A stretch of 64,000 nucleotides of DNA from an uncultured Pelagibacteraceae bacterium (lineage in GTDB: Bacteria > Pseudomonadota > Alphaproteobacteria > Pelagibacterales > Pelagibacteraceae), in NCBI GenBank assembly GCA_902581605.1, contig CACHPE010000004.1, positions 26,901 through 90,900 on the forward strand, in the 5' to 3' direction. Numbering within the stretch: position 1 is the first letter of the stretch; each line of letters begins with the position of its first letter. The notes under the pieces were generated by a model. It searched no databases. It was given only the letters and a program-made list of their open reading frames with translations, and had not been told where the DNA came from. Positions 51,723-63,318 of the stretch are shown here, one piece after another. The translations under genes were made by a program, and so were the position numbers.

Positions 51723-52604
51723 ATGATACCTTACGATAAAAGATCTGGAAAAATATGGTACAACAACGAATTAGTTGATTGGGCTGATGTTAAACTGCAT
51801 GTTTTAAGCCATGGTATGCATTATGCTAGCTGTGTATTTGAGGGCGAAAGAGTTTATGATGGTTCAATTTTTAAATTAGAAGAGCACACATCGAGATTTT
51901 TTTATTCTGCAAAGAGAATGGGTTTTGAAATCCCATATACTGAAGAGGAAATAAACATTGCATCAAACAAAATTGTTGCGACACAAAAAGTAGAAAATGG
52001 TTATGTTAGACCTGTGGCTTGGAGAGGTAGTGAGATGATGGCGATTTCAGCTCAGCACACAAAAATTCATGTTGCAATAGCAACTTGGGAGTGGGGATCA
52101 TATTTTGATCCTAAACTTAAAGTTGAAGGAATAAGATTAAATATTTCAAATTGGAGAAGACCAGCTCCTAATACAATACCATGGGATACAAAAGCATCTG
52201 GTCTTTACATGATATGCACTCTTTCAAAACATGAAGCAGAAAAACAAGGTTATACAGACTCTCTAATGTTAGATCATGAGGGAAATATTGCTGAGGCAAC
52301 TGGAGCAAATATTTTTTTCAAAGATAAAAATGGGGAAATTCACACTCCAATACCAGATTCTTTTTTAGATGGTATTACAAGAAGAACTGTAATTGGAATT
52401 GCAAAGTCAAAAAATATAAAAGTACATGAAAGAAAAATTAGTCCAACGGAATTACCTAATTTTGTTGGATGTTTTTTAACTGGAACAGCAGCAGAAGTAA
52501 CACCAGTATCTTGTATTGCTGAAAATCAATTTAAAGTTTGTGATACTATTATTGATTTAAATGAAAGTTATCAGGTATTAGTTAGGAAGAAAAAAGCAGC
52601 CTAG
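51723..52604 (+). CDS. ilvE: Branched-chain amino acid aminotransferase
   Basis: HYASCVFEG, YVRP, EATGANIF, LDGITR, TGTAAEVTP motifs. Confidence 0.95.
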   Translation: MIPYDKRSGKIWYNNELVDWADVKLHVLSHGMHYASCVFEGERVYDGSIFKLEEHTSRFFYSAKRMGFEIPYTEEEINIASNKIVATQKVENGYVRPVAWRGSEMMAISAQHTKIHVAIATWEWGSYFDPKLKVEGIRLNISNWRRPAPNTIPWDTKASGLYMICTLSKHEAEKQGYTDSLMLDHEGNIAEATGANIFFKDKNGEIHTPIPDSFLDGITRRTVIGIAKSKNIKVHERKISPTELPNFVGCFLTGTAAEVTPVSCIAENQFKVCDTIIDLNESYQVLVRKKKAA

Positions 52605-53185
52605 TCTTTACTATCTTCAGACAAAGCATGATCAATACCTTTTCGCATATAATCATATGCAGTAAAAAGTGTTAAAGCAGCCGATAACCACAAAAGAATT
52701 ATACCTATTGTTTGAGCGTTATAATCTTGGAAATTAATTATTTTATTTCCTGTATCTCCAGATAATAAAAGAGCTATGGATACCATTTGTAATATTGTTT
52801 TAAGTTTTGCAAGATTTGAAACGGGAAGTTTTATTTTTCCCTTTGCTAAAAATTCTCTCAAACCTGAAATTAAAATTTCTCTTGTTAGAATTATGATTGC
52901 TGCAATTACCTCATAATTTCTGATCGTTCCATCCATAACCAGAAGTATTAATGCTGTAGCAACAATAATTTTATCAGCTATGGGATCTAATAATTCTCCC
53001 AGTTTTGACTCTGCTCCAAACATTCTGGCCAACATACCATCTAAAAAGTCCGTAAATGATGCAATAATAAATAATATTAAAGCAGTAAGATCACCATAAA
53101 ATCCTGGAAGATAAAAAGCTAAAACAAAAAAGGGAACAATTATTATTCGCCCTATAGTTAATATGTTTGGAATTTTTTTTAACAT
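52601..53185 (-). CDS. pgsA: Phosphatidylglycerophosphate synthase
   Basis: PNILT, DFLDGMLAR...GELLDPIADK motif. Confidence 0.95.
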   Translation of the reverse strand: MLKKIPNILTIGRIIIVPFFVLAFYLPGFYGDLTALILFIIASFTDFLDGMLARMFGAESKLGELLDPIADKIIVATALILLVMDGTIRNYEVIAAIIILTREILISGLREFLAKGKIKLPVSNLAKLKTILQMVSIALLLSGDTGNKIINFQDYNAQTIGIILLWLSAALTLFTAYDYMRKGIDHALSEDSKD

Positions 53186-53187
53186 AA

Positions 53188-55023
53188 TTATTCGTGAAAA
53201 AAGTTATATATCTTATTTGCTACTTTTTCCTCAACACCCTCTACAGATTTGATTTCATCTAAGCTAGCAGACTCAACTGATCTCGCTGAACCAAAATGGT
53301 TCAACAATGCCCTTTTTCTTATAGCTCCAATCCCATCTATTTGGTCTAATAAAGACTTACTGATACCTTTTTTTCTCTTTGCTCTATGTGCACTTATAGC
53401 AAATCTATGTGACTCATCTCTAATTCTTTGAAGAAAAAACAGAGTAGGGTCATTTCTTGAAAATTTAAACTCTTTACCATTATGAAAAAAAGTTTCATTT
53501 CCGCTGTTTCTAAACTTACCTTTTGCTATTGCGATAATTGGAATATCGTGAAGACCTAGTTCATTAAGACTTTCTCTGGCAACCGAATATTGACCTTTAC
53601 CTCCATCAACAAGCACTAAATCAGGAAAAGTAAGATAATTATCTTTTTCCTGAACCGCTCTTTTAAACCTTCTATTTAATACTTCTTTCATCATTCCATA
53701 ATCATCTTGTTCATTTTTTTTATGTTTAATATTAAATTTTCTGTATCTTTTCTTTATAAATCCCTCATCTCCATAAGCTATTAGCGCTCCAACACTATTT
53801 GTACCTTGAATATGACTGTTATCATAAACTTCAATTAAATTTATATTGGTTTCTAAATTAAATTTTTGAGCTACTGCATCGAACAATTCTTTATTATTCT
53901 GACTTTCATAAAGTTTTCTATTAAGACTATCTTTAGCATTTTTTATTGCTTGATTAATAACCTTTAGTTTTGATCCTTTTTTTGCGACTGAAATATTTAT
54001 CTGTTTACCTTCTTTTTGTGTCAGGGTTTTTTCAATTAGTACTTTTTCTTTTATTTCTTCTGAAAGAATAATTGATGAAGGAACACTTTTATTTTCATAA
54101 AATTGAGAGACAAATGAATTTAGGATTTCACTAAATTTTTCATCTGGATCATGTTTTGGAAAAAAAGCTTGATTGCCCCAATTTTGTTTTGATCTATAAA
54201 AAAATACTTGAATACAAGTTTTTCCAGATTCTTTATATCCAGCAATAACATCAGCTTCAACTAAATTTGCTTCGTTAATTCTCTGTGAAGATTGAATTAT
54301 GTTTAACGCTTTAATTCTATCTCTTAATATTACAGCTTTTTCAAAATCAAGATCCTCACTTGCTTTTTCCATTTGATTGGAAAGATTTTTTTGAATTTTC
54401 CTAGATTTACCTGAAACAAATTCAATAGCATCGTTGACTGTTTGATTATATTCCTCTTTTTTTACGTAACCTACACATGGTCCAGAACATCTTTTTATTT
54501 GATACAAAATACATGGTCTTTCTCTATTTTTAAAGACAGTGTCATCACAAACTCTTAAATGAAAAATCTTTTGTATCATTTTAATTGTCCAATTAGCAGA
54601 ACCAGCAGAAGCAAAAGGTCCAAAGTAAAAACCTTCTTTTGTTTTTTTACCTCTATGTCTTTTTATTTGGGGCCAGTTATCTTTATTGCCAATAAATATG
54701 AATGGAAATGATTTATCATCACGAAGCAGGATATTGAATTTTGGCTTATGCTTTTTGATTAAATTTGCTTCTAAAAGTAGTGCTTCACTCTCGTTAGATG
54801 TTGTTGTTATCTCTAGCTTTCTTGTTTGAGATAACATTCGTTCAGTTCTTATTATATGATTTTTTTCAGCAACATAACTCTTTAATCTGTTTGGTAGATT
54901 TTTAGCCTTACCCACATAAAGAATTTCATTTTTCTCATTAAGCATCTTGTAAACTCCAGGGAGTTTAGGCACTAAAGATAACTCTTTTTTAATTACTTCT
55001 TTTCCTATTTCAGAACTTATCAT
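53188..55023 (-). CDS. uvrC: Excinuclease ABC subunit C
   Basis: [30 protein letters not shown], HhH; start moved to ATG 55023. Confidence 0.96.
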   Translation of the reverse strand: MISSEIGKEVIKKELSLVPKLPGVYKMLNEKNEILYVGKAKNLPNRLKSYVAEKNHIIRTERMLSQTRKLEITTTSNESEALLLEANLIKKHKPKFNILLRDDKSFPFIFIGNKDNWPQIKRHRGKKTKEGFYFGPFASAGSANWTIKMIQKIFHLRVCDDTVFKNRERPCILYQIKRCSGPCVGYVKKEEYNQTVNDAIEFVSGKSRKIQKNLSNQMEKASEDLDFEKAVILRDRIKALNIIQSSQRINEANLVEADVIAGYKESGKTCIQVFFYRSKQNWGNQAFFPKHDPDEKFSEILNSFVSQFYENKSVPSSIILSEEIKEKVLIEKTLTQKEGKQINISVAKKGSKLKVINQAIKNAKDSLNRKLYESQNNKELFDAVAQKFNLETNINLIEVYDNSHIQGTNSVGALIAYGDEGFIKKRYRKFNIKHKKNEQDDYGMMKEVLNRRFKRAVQEKDNYLTFPDLVLVDGGKGQYSVARESLNELGLHDIPIIAIAKGKFRNSGNETFFHNGKEFKFSRNDPTLFFLQRIRDESHRFAISAHRAKRKKGISKSLLDQIDGIGAIRKRALLNHFGSARSVESASLDEIKSVEGVEEKVANKIYNFFHE

Positions 55024-55435
55024 TGCTTCTCTTTTTGGTAATTTGGATACCAACAGATGAACACTGTTTTAAGATTTCTAATTTTTCAATTTTTAACATT
55101 ATTTTAGCAATTCTTTTATCTTTAAATAATTCATCAAAAACAGCCTCTGCCAAGGTTTCTAAAAAGTTATAATGTTTCTTTTTTACAAGTTTAGTAATTA
55201 ATTTTACAATTGTTCCGTAATTTACAATAGATTTTATATCTTTATCGCTAGAAGGTTTTTTATCCTCATAGTCTATTTCAAGACTAAATTTTACTTTTTG
55301 TGATTTTTCTTTTTCAGAGTCGTAATAACCAAGTTTTAAATCTAAAATTAACTCATTAATTAGTATTTTTTTCTCATAATTAAATAAAGTTTTATTTTTA
55401 TCTATTTTTACAATTTTTAAATTATTTTTTTTCAT
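55010..55435 (-). CDS. folB: Dihydroneopterin aldolase
   Basis: LGYYDSE, IVNY, FLETLAE, IEK...VGI motifs. Confidence 0.85.
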   Translation of the reverse strand: MKKNNLKIVKIDKNKTLFNYEKKILINELILDLKLGYYDSEKEKSQKVKFSLEIDYEDKKPSSDKDIKSIVNYGTIVKLITKLVKKKHYNFLETLAEAVFDELFKDKRIAKIMLKIEKLEILKQCSSVGIQITKKRSNDKF

Positions 55436-55581
55436 TATTTAGTTCCAAATATAGTAAGATTCCAACATGCATTCCCATCCTCAATACGAACATAGCAACC
55501 AAAAAATGACATGATTTTAAAGGCAAAAAAACCACCAATCAAAATTATCGCTGCTGCAAGAAAAGGATTAATTTTTTTCAT
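55435..55581 (-). CDS. Small membrane protein (48 aa)
   Basis: Manual translation MKKINPFLAAAIILIGGFFAFKIMSFFGCYVRIEDGNACWNLTIFGTK; exactly fills the gap, TAATG-coupled to folB. Confidence 0.7.
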   Translation of the reverse strand: MKKINPFLAAAIILIGGFFAFKIMSFFGCYVRIEDGNACWNLTIFGTK

Positions 55582-56535
55582 TTATTTAAGTCTTGAAGCA
55601 ATGTACTCTTTGATCATAGGGTGATACTGCATAAAACAATCGGCAAAATCTATTATATGAAAATTTTTTAATGGTTCTTCCCAATTTGATCCAGCTGTAT
55701 TGCATTTTTTCCCATTAACTGTTTTCTTTTCAGAAATTACAACTCTCTTAAAGTTAGGGACATCATCCATCCAATCAGATGTTAATCCCTCAAATTGATC
55801 CATAGGATGGGTAAAAATTAAAACTGGTGCATTTCCTTTTTTAATTATGTCAATTTGATCTTGTCTCCATTGAGCCATACCAGGATATTTTTTATGAAAT
55901 TTTTCCATAGCTTTTTCATAGCCAACTTTTTTTACTTTATATTTTTTTGATAAATTCCAAAAACACGCAGGCATTAATGATATCCCTCCACCTACTTCTT
56001 CCAGGTATTCTGCTGTTAGCCTTAATGTTGCCCATCCTCCACAAGAGTGACCTGACATAAAAATTTGTTTCTTTGGTACTCCCATTTTAACAAATTTTTT
56101 AATAACTTCTAAATTACCCTCAACTCTTCGATCCATTTTTGAAGTCCCTGGATAAGGTCCTTCCCATTTTTTCATCCACATTCCTATTTTTCCTAACTTA
56201 GCACCTAAATCACCTTCGAGTTGACCTTGGCAGTGAACATAAACCATGATTTCTTTACCATCTATTTTATCCCCAGCTAGCTGGGCCCAATTTCTAAGCT
56301 CTCTTATCCAGAAGCAATCTTTTAATCCTACATCGTTTCCGTTAGAACCATGATTGTATATTATTATTATTTTATCTTCAGGATTATTTACTTGAAAATT
56401 TTCGTTAATTTTAATTTTATCTTTCCATTTATTTGTCGGTATTACAAAACCATCTTTTTTTATACTTTCGTTTGAACTAGCAATACTGCTGCCTAATATT
56501 AAACTAAGTATGATAAGTGCTAAAAATTTTTTCAT
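55582..56535 (-). CDS. Secreted alpha/beta-hydrolase fold protein
   Basis: Signal peptide, YNHGS, nucleophile elbow GHSCGG. Confidence 0.75.
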   Translation of the reverse strand: MKKFLALIILSLILGSSIASSNESIKKDGFVIPTNKWKDKIKINENFQVNNPEDKIIIIYNHGSNGNDVGLKDCFWIRELRNWAQLAGDKIDGKEIMVYVHCQGQLEGDLGAKLGKIGMWMKKWEGPYPGTSKMDRRVEGNLEVIKKFVKMGVPKKQIFMSGHSCGGWATLRLTAEYLEEVGGGISLMPACFWNLSKKYKVKKVGYEKAMEKFHKKYPGMAQWRQDQIDIIKKGNAPVLIFTHPMDQFEGLTSDWMDDVPNFKRVVISEKKTVNGKKCNTAGSNWEEPLKNFHIIDFADCFMQYHPMIKEYIASRLK

Positions 56536-57287
56536 TCTTTCCCTCCCATAATATCTGGCGTTTGCCAGTTTAGATTTTGACCACTATCAATTGCTAAAAC
56601 CTGACCTGTAATAGATATATTTTTAATAAAAAAGTCAACTGCATTACAAATTTGTTCAACGTCAACTTGTCTTTTGAGTGGAGTTGCCATGTATTGTTTT
56701 CTAAAATATTTTTCAGATTGTCTTTGATTTTTAATAGTAGGACCAGGTGCTATACCGTTTACTCTAATCTTTGGAGCCAAACTCATAGCACTAGTTTTAG
56801 TTAAAGTATAAAGTCCAGTTTTACTAATTGTGTAAGAAAAAAAATATGGAGTTAGTTTAAATACTCTTTGATCAATAATATTAATTATATTGTTATTTTT
56901 TCCTTTAACATTTTTTGCAAATTCTTTTGATAATAATGCAGGTGTTCTTAAATTTGTTCTTAAATGTTGCCCCCAACTATCTGTTGTAAAGTTTTCTAAT
57001 TTATCATTTTCAAATAAAGAAGCGTTATTAATTAGACAATCAAAATATTTAAGTTTTGATTTTGCATATTTTACAATTTTATTTACATCATTTTCTTTAC
57101 TCAAATCACCTTTAACTAAGTAAACTTTAGTACCATCATTTGATAGTTCTTTTTTTAACTTTTCAGCTTTTAATTTTGACTTATTAAAATGAATTAAAAT
57201 TTCTCTATTAGGGCCTGATAATTTTTTTGCGATCGCAGCACCAATTCTTGTTGCTCCACCTGTAATAATTATTTTCCGTGCTTCCAT
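56532..57287 (-). CDS. SDR oxidoreductase (pteridine reductase-like)
   Basis: [33 protein letters not shown] motifs. Confidence 0.88.
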   Translation of the reverse strand: MEARKIIITGGATRIGAAIAKKLSGPNREILIHFNKSKLKAEKLKKELSNDGTKVYLVKGDLSKENDVNKIVKYAKSKLKYFDCLINNASLFENDKLENFTTDSWGQHLRTNLRTPALLSKEFAKNVKGKNNNIINIIDQRVFKLTPYFFSYTISKTGLYTLTKTSAMSLAPKIRVNGIAPGPTIKNQRQSEKYFRKQYMATPLKRQVDVEQICNAVDFFIKNISITGQVLAIDSGQNLNWQTPDIMGGKE

Positions 57288-59443
57288 TTCTTATCTCTTT
57301 TTTTTGTGACTTTAGTGCCCGGCATACCCATAGTTGATCTGCCTTTTGGATAAAGCTTATTCTTTACATCATACTGTCTTATTTTTGGATTTAATGTAAT
57401 TTCTAACTCGGTACTTTCTAACTTTCTTATTTCATCTCGTATTTTAGCTGCTTCCTCAAATTCTAAATTTGATGCTGCTTCTTTCATTTTTTTATCTAAA
57501 CCTTTAAGATGTTTTTTAAGATTGCCACCAATATTTGAACCTTCACTTATTTTGACATAGTCCTTTTCATAAACACTCTCTAAAATATCGCTAATTTCTT
57601 TTTTTACCGACTTTGCATTTATTTTGTGTTTTTTATTGTAAGCTAATTGAATTTTTCTTCTTCTTTCAGTTTCTGCAATTGCTTTTTTTATACTTTTTGT
57701 CTCTTTGTCAGCATATAAAATTACTTTACCATCAACGTTTCGTGCTGCTCTTCCTATTGTTTGAATTAAAGATGTTTCAGATCTAAGAAATCCTTCTTTG
57801 TCAGCATCTAAAATTCCAACCAGCGCACATTCTGGAATATCTAATCCTTCCCTTAATAAGTTAATTCCAACCAAAACATCAAACACGCCCATTCTTAAAT
57901 CTCTCATGATTTCAATTCTTTCTAAAGTATCAATATCTGAGTGAAGGTATCTTACTTTTATACCGTTCTCGTGAAGATATTCAGTTAAATCTTCAGCCAT
58001 TTTTTTAGTTAGTGTTGTTACTAATACTCTATGATTATTTTCTATAACTCGCTTACATTCATGCATTAAATCATCTACTTGATTTTTTGCAGGTCTTATT
58101 TCTACAGGAGGATCAATTAACCCTGTTGGTCTAATTACCTGATCTATAAAATTACCTTTTGTTTGTTCTAATTCCCATGGACCTGGAGTTGCTGAAACAA
58201 AAACAGTCTGAGTTCTCATTAAATCCCATTCTTCAAATTTTAACGGTCTATTATCCATACACGAAGGAAGTCTAAATCCATATTCTGCTAGAGTACTTTT
58301 TCTTGACCTATCTCCTTTATACATTCCATTGAGTTGAGGAACTGTAACATGACATTCGTCAACAAAAATTAAAGTATTATCTGGAAAATATTCAAAAAGA
58401 GTAGGGGGAGGCTCCCCAGGTTTTCTTCCTGACAAAAATCTTGAGTAGTTTTCAATTCCTGCACATGAACCTGTTGCTTCAATCATTTCGAGATCAAATT
58501 TTGTTCTCTCCTCTAATCTTTGGGCCTCTAATAATTTATTTTCAGCACGGTGTTTTTTTAAAGTTATTTCTAATTCTTTTTTAATATTGATTACTGCTTG
58601 TTCAATTGTTGGTTTTGGAGTGATATAGTGACTGTTGGCATAAACTTTTACTAAACTTAATTCTCTAACTTTATCACCAGTTAATGGATCAAACTCTTCT
58701 ATTTGTTCAAGCTTATCTCCAAACAAACACAATCTCCACGCCCTATCTTCTAAGTGTGATGGAAAAATTTCTAAGTACTCTCCTCTCGCTCTAAAAGTTC
58801 CTCTATAAAAATTTTGATCATTACGTTTGTATTGAAGAGCAACTAAAGACTTAATTATTTCTTCTCTGTTATAATCGTAATTTTTCTGAAGCGTTAAAGT
58901 CATTTTGCTATATGCTTCAACAGATCCAAGACCATAAATACAAGAAACGCTCGCAACAATTAATACATCATCTCTTTCCAAAAGAGATCTCGTTGCTGAG
59001 TGCCGCATTCGATCAATCTGTTCATTTATAGAGGCCTCTTTTTCTATGTATGTATCTGATCTTGGTACATAAGCCTCAGGAGTGTAATAGTCATAGTACG
59101 AAACAAAATACTCAACTGCGTTATCTGGAAAAAAAGTTTTCATTTCCCCATAAAGTTGAGCAGCAAGTGTTTTGTTTGGAGCTAATATTAAGGCAGGTCT
59201 GTTAGTTGCTTCAATAACTTTAGCCATAGTAAACGTTTTTCCAGATCCTGTAACACCAAGTAGAACCTGGTTAAATTGTTCCTTGTTAGCACCATTAACT
59301 AATTTTTTTATTGCTTCAGGCTGATCACCTGCAGGTTTAAAATCAGATTTAATTTTAAATTTTTTTCCACCCTCGAGTTTTCCACCTATTTTTGGATTTT
59401 TGCTTTGAATATCTGTAATTAAATCTTGATAAGTATTTTCCAT
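57269..59443 (-). CDS. uvrB: Excinuclease ABC subunit B
   Basis: [33 protein letters not shown] domain. Confidence 0.97.
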   Translation of the reverse strand: MENTYQDLITDIQSKNPKIGGKLEGGKKFKIKSDFKPAGDQPEAIKKLVNGANKEQFNQVLLGVTGSGKTFTMAKVIEATNRPALILAPNKTLAAQLYGEMKTFFPDNAVEYFVSYYDYYTPEAYVPRSDTYIEKEASINEQIDRMRHSATRSLLERDDVLIVASVSCIYGLGSVEAYSKMTLTLQKNYDYNREEIIKSLVALQYKRNDQNFYRGTFRARGEYLEIFPSHLEDRAWRLCLFGDKLEQIEEFDPLTGDKVRELSLVKVYANSHYITPKPTIEQAVINIKKELEITLKKHRAENKLLEAQRLEERTKFDLEMIEATGSCAGIENYSRFLSGRKPGEPPPTLFEYFPDNTLIFVDECHVTVPQLNGMYKGDRSRKSTLAEYGFRLPSCMDNRPLKFEEWDLMRTQTVFVSATPGPWELEQTKGNFIDQVIRPTGLIDPPVEIRPAKNQVDDLMHECKRVIENNHRVLVTTLTKKMAEDLTEYLHENGIKVRYLHSDIDTLERIEIMRDLRMGVFDVLVGINLLREGLDIPECALVGILDADKEGFLRSETSLIQTIGRAARNVDGKVILYADKETKSIKKAIAETERRRKIQLAYNKKHKINAKSVKKEISDILESVYEKDYVKISEGSNIGGNLKKHLKGLDKKMKEAASNLEFEEAAKIRDEIRKLESTELEITLNPKIRQYDVKNKLYPKGRSTMGMPGTKVTKKRDKKWKHGK

Positions 59444-59479
59444 ATATTAAATAACGTAATAGGATTTATTTATATTTCA

Positions 59480-60679
59480 ATGAGCATAATATCAGACAGT
59501 TTAAAAAAGATTAAACCATCTCCTACTATTGCTGTTACTCAAAAAGCAAGAGAATTAAAAGCTGCTGGAAAAGATGTTATTGGCCTCGGCGCAGGAGAAC
59601 CAGATTTTGATACTCCAGAAAATATTAAAGAAGCCGCAATAAAAGCAATAAAAGAAGGTGATACTAAATATACAGCAGTTGACGGAACACCTGCATTAAA
59701 AAAAGCAATTGTAGCAAAATTTAAAAATGAAAATAATTTAGAGTATACCACTGATCAAATTACAGTTGGTGCAGGAGGAAAACACGTTATCTATAATGCT
59801 ATGATGGCAACACTAAACGATGGAGATGAGGTAATAATTCCAGCTCCTTATTGGGTATCTTATCCAGATATAGTTTTATTAGCTGGTGGAAAACCTGTTG
59901 TAATGGAATGTGGCGAAAAACAAGGCTTTAAAATAAATCCATTAGACTTAGAAAAATTTATTACTCCAAAAACAAAATGGATTATTTTAAATTCTCCATC
60001 TAATCCAACTGGAGCTTGTTATTCTGAAAAAGATATAAAAGCAATTGCTGCTGTTTTAGAAAAGCACAAGCATATTTATATCTTAAGTGATGATATTTAT
60101 GAACACGTCACCTACGAAGGGTTTAAATTTTTTACTATTGCTCAAATAGAAAGTTTAAAAGACAGGGTTCTTACAATGAATGGCGTAAGTAAAGCTTATT
60201 CAATGACAGGTTGGAGGATTGGGTATGCAGCTGGTCCAAAAGATATTGTTACAGCTATTGCTAAAATTCAATCACAATCAACAACCAATCCTTCCTCAAT
60301 TAGTCAAGCAGCATCAGTTGAAGCACTAAGTGGGACACAAGATTTTATTAAAAAAAGAGCTAACTCTTTTCAAGAGAGACGAGATTTTGTAGTAAAAGCA
60401 TTAAATGATATTGATGGCATCAATTGTTTAAATCCTGACGGAGCATTTTATGTTTTTCCCAGTTGTAAAGATTTAATGGGAAAAAAAGATCCTAGTGGAA
60501 AAGAAATTAAATCAGACACTGATTTTGTTCAATCTCTTTTAGAGAATAGTGGTATTGCTGTTGTTCAGGGTTCTGCATTTGGTTTAGAAGGTTTTTTCAG
60601 AATTTCATATGCAACTTCAATGGAAAATCTAAAAAAAGCTTTAGAAAAAATTTCCTCTTTTTGTAAAAGTTTAACTTAA
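59480..60679 (+). CDS. aspC: Aspartate aminotransferase (class I/II)
   Basis: GEPDF, NSPSNPTG, SKAYSMTGWRIG motifs; start moved to ATG 59480. Confidence 0.9.
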   Translation: MSIISDSLKKIKPSPTIAVTQKARELKAAGKDVIGLGAGEPDFDTPENIKEAAIKAIKEGDTKYTAVDGTPALKKAIVAKFKNENNLEYTTDQITVGAGGKHVIYNAMMATLNDGDEVIIPAPYWVSYPDIVLLAGGKPVVMECGEKQGFKINPLDLEKFITPKTKWIILNSPSNPTGACYSEKDIKAIAAVLEKHKHIYILSDDIYEHVTYEGFKFFTIAQIESLKDRVLTMNGVSKAYSMTGWRIGYAAGPKDIVTAIAKIQSQSTTNPSSISQAASVEALSGTQDFIKKRANSFQERRDFVVKALNDIDGINCLNPDGAFYVFPSCKDLMGKKDPSGKEIKSDTDFVQSLLENSGIAVVQGSAFGLEGFFRISYATSMENLKKALEKISSFCKSLT

Positions 60680-61326
60680 TGAAAACAGCCATAGTATTTG
60701 GTTCCACTGGATTAATTGGTGGCCATTTAGTTAATCAATTAATTCAAGATAATTATTACACTAAAGTTAAGATTTTCGTTCGTTCACAAACTTCAATTAA
60801 TAATGAAAAAGTTGAGGTAATAAATATTGATTTTAATAATTTAGAAAGTCATAAAACTGAAATTACTGGGGATGATTGTTTTTTTTGTATTGGTACTACA
60901 AAACAAAATTCTCCTAATAGAAATGAGTACCAAAAAGTAGAGCTAGATATCCCAAAAGAAATTGGACAAATTGCAAAAGCTAATTCAGTCAATTCATTTA
61001 TTTTTATCTCTTCAATATATGCTAATCCAAATAGTTCAGGGAATTATGTGAAATTTAAAGGTTTAGTTGAAGAAGAATTAAAAAGATTAAACTTCTCTAA
61101 ATTAGGAATATTAAGACCTTCTTTTTTAATGGGGAAAAGAAAAGAAAACAGAGTGGGTGAAAAAATAGGTATTTTGACTTTTAGCGTATTGTCGCCTTTA
61201 TTATTTGGACCGTTTAAAAAAATGAGACCTATCAGTTCAGAAATAGTTGCAAAAGCAATGATCAAAATTGCCAAACAAAATTTACAAAAAATTACGTTTG
61301 AGTCTGATGAAATTTTAAAATTATAA
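60679..61326 (+). CDS. NAD(P)-binding oxidoreductase (YraR/TIP30-like)
   Basis: GSTGLIG, CIGTT, YVKFKG, RPSFL motifs. Confidence 0.8.
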   Translation: MKTAIVFGSTGLIGGHLVNQLIQDNYYTKVKIFVRSQTSINNEKVEVINIDFNNLESHKTEITGDDCFFCIGTTKQNSPNRNEYQKVELDIPKEIGQIAKANSVNSFIFISSIYANPNSSGNYVKFKGLVEEELKRLNFSKLGILRPSFLMGKRKENRVGEKIGILTFSVLSPLLFGPFKKMRPISSEIVAKAMIKIAKQNLQKITFESDEILKL

Positions 61327-62349
61327 TTAAACCAAACCTAATCTCACAACAGATTTTGCATTTTCCGCCATACAATCTTTTGCAGCTTTAAATTTAAACC
61401 CTAATAATTCTTCAGCATAAGAGGGGTCGGTTTGCATTAAAATTCCAAGATCAGGTATCATCATTTTGGCACTTGAGTCTAAATAACTTATTAACTTAAC
61501 CATGAAATTTGGAAGCTCTTTTTTTGGAAGCTTTTTTGCATAAGCAGGCATTGCTTCAGCCATCAATTGGGATAATTCGACTAATTTTTTTACTTCTTTT
61601 CCAACAATTAATCTTCTACCTCCAACTTTATCATTTCCAATACAAGCAACATGAGCTTTTGCAATGTCTTTTACATCAGAAATTAGAACAGCAAATTTAG
61701 GTGCTCCAGGGAATTTACCTGCCATAAATTGTCTAACATACTCAATTGAAGTACCTCCTTTTTTATCCAGAGCATCACCGAAGACTCCACCAGGACAAAT
61801 TGTTGTTAATTTATTTTTTAATCCTTTACTTTCCATCAATTCCCAAGCAACCCTCTCAGCTTTAGTTTTTGATAAAAAATAATCATTTACCCCTTCCACC
61901 CAATTTTCATCAGTCCAATCTTGTTCTCCAAATGTATAAGGATTAGTTCTGCTAGGTTTTCTAAACATAGCAACAATAGAAGAAGTTTTAACAATTTGAT
62001 CTACTCCAGCATTTATCCCTGCATTTAATACCCTTAAAGTACCATCTACTGCAGGCGGTAATAAGCTTTCTCTATTATTTGAAACTTTTATTGGAAAAGG
62101 AGATGCAATATGAAATATATATTTACATCCTTTAGCTGCATCATTCCATCCATCATCTTTAACAAGATCTAATTTAACAAAAGACAATTTATCTATAGAA
62201 GCGTATTTACTAATAGTATCTTTGGTTTGTTCAATTAAAGTTTCATTCCTTACTGTTCCTAGAACTTCGTAACCAGAATTTAATAATTCTATTGCTGTAT
62301 GTTTTGCTATCCAACCGCTTATTCCAGTTAGCAATACTTTTTCTGACAT
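61327..62349 (-). CDS. NAD-dependent epimerase/dehydratase (dihydroflavonol reductase-like)
   Basis: TGISGWIA, HIASP, TSS, YFLSK motifs. Confidence 0.85.
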   Translation of the reverse strand: MSEKVLLTGISGWIAKHTAIELLNSGYEVLGTVRNETLIEQTKDTISKYASIDKLSFVKLDLVKDDGWNDAAKGCKYIFHIASPFPIKVSNNRESLLPPAVDGTLRVLNAGINAGVDQIVKTSSIVAMFRKPSRTNPYTFGEQDWTDENWVEGVNDYFLSKTKAERVAWELMESKGLKNKLTTICPGGVFGDALDKKGGTSIEYVRQFMAGKFPGAPKFAVLISDVKDIAKAHVACIGNDKVGGRRLIVGKEVKKLVELSQLMAEAMPAYAKKLPKKELPNFMVKLISYLDSSAKMMIPDLGILMQTDPSYAEELLGFKFKAAKDCMAENAKSVVRLGLV

Positions 62350-63297
62350 TTAATTGTGAGAGAGATGTTTTTCTGCTTCAAGAGCCGCCATGCATCCCAT
62401 ACCTGCAGCTGTAACCGCTTGTCTAAAAATTTTGTCTTTAACATCTCCAGCTGCAAAAACTCCAGGCACATTAGTTTCAGTAGAGTCTGCCTTTGTAATT
62501 AAGTATCCTTCTTTATCCATTTCCAGTTGATCTTTAAATAGCTGGGTTGCTGGATCATGACCAATAGCAATAAATACACCATCAAGCTTTAATTCTTGTG
62601 TTTCATTTGTTTTGACATTTTTTATTTTAATCCCCTTAACATTTTTAGGATCTTTGTCACCCAATACATCTTCAACTACAGAGTCCCAAATAATTTCAAT
62701 TTTTTTATTTTCCATTAATTTTTTTTGAAGCATTTTTTCAGCCCTTAAACTATCTCGTCTGTGAATTAATTTTACTTTGGATGCAAATTTTGTAAGAAAC
62801 ATAGCCTCTTCAACAGCTGCATTGCCACCTCCAACTACTGCAACCTCTTTATTTTTAAAAAAGAAACCATCACATGTTGCGCAAGCAGAGACGCCAAATC
62901 CTCTAAACTCTTGTTCTGAGTCTAAATTTAACCATCTAGCCTGAGCACCTGTAGAAATTATTATGCTATCAGCAGTATATTTTTGACCACTATCTCCAGT
63001 TGCCTCAAACGGAGAAGTTTTTAAATTAACATTATTAATGTGATCCTCTATCATTTCTGTACCAACAGCTTTAGCTTGTTCTTTCATCTGATCCATTAAC
63101 CAAGGACCCTGTATGACCTCTGCAAATCCTGGAAAGTTTTCAACATCAGTTGTGGTTGTTAATTGACCACCTGGCTCAGATCCATGAACTAGAATTGGAC
63201 TTAACATAGCTCGAGCAGCATAAACTGCAGCTGTGTATCCAGCAGGACCGGATCCAATTATTAACACTTTTGTGTGTTTAGTTGGATTTTGACTCAT
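62350..63297 (-). CDS. trxB: Thioredoxin reductase
   Basis: GSGPAG, CATCDG, GGGNAAVEE, AAGD motifs. Confidence 0.97.
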   Translation of the reverse strand: MSQNPTKHTKVLIIGSGPAGYTAAVYAARAMLSPILVHGSEPGGQLTTTTDVENFPGFAEVIQGPWLMDQMKEQAKAVGTEMIEDHINNVNLKTSPFEATGDSGQKYTADSIIISTGAQARWLNLDSEQEFRGFGVSACATCDGFFFKNKEVAVVGGGNAAVEEAMFLTKFASKVKLIHRRDSLRAEKMLQKKLMENKKIEIIWDSVVEDVLGDKDPKNVKGIKIKNVKTNETQELKLDGVFIAIGHDPATQLFKDQLEMDKEGYLITKADSTETNVPGVFAAGDVKDKIFRQAVTAAGMGCMAALEAEKHLSHN

Positions 63298-63318
63298 ATG
63301 AAAGCTATATAGTGATTA

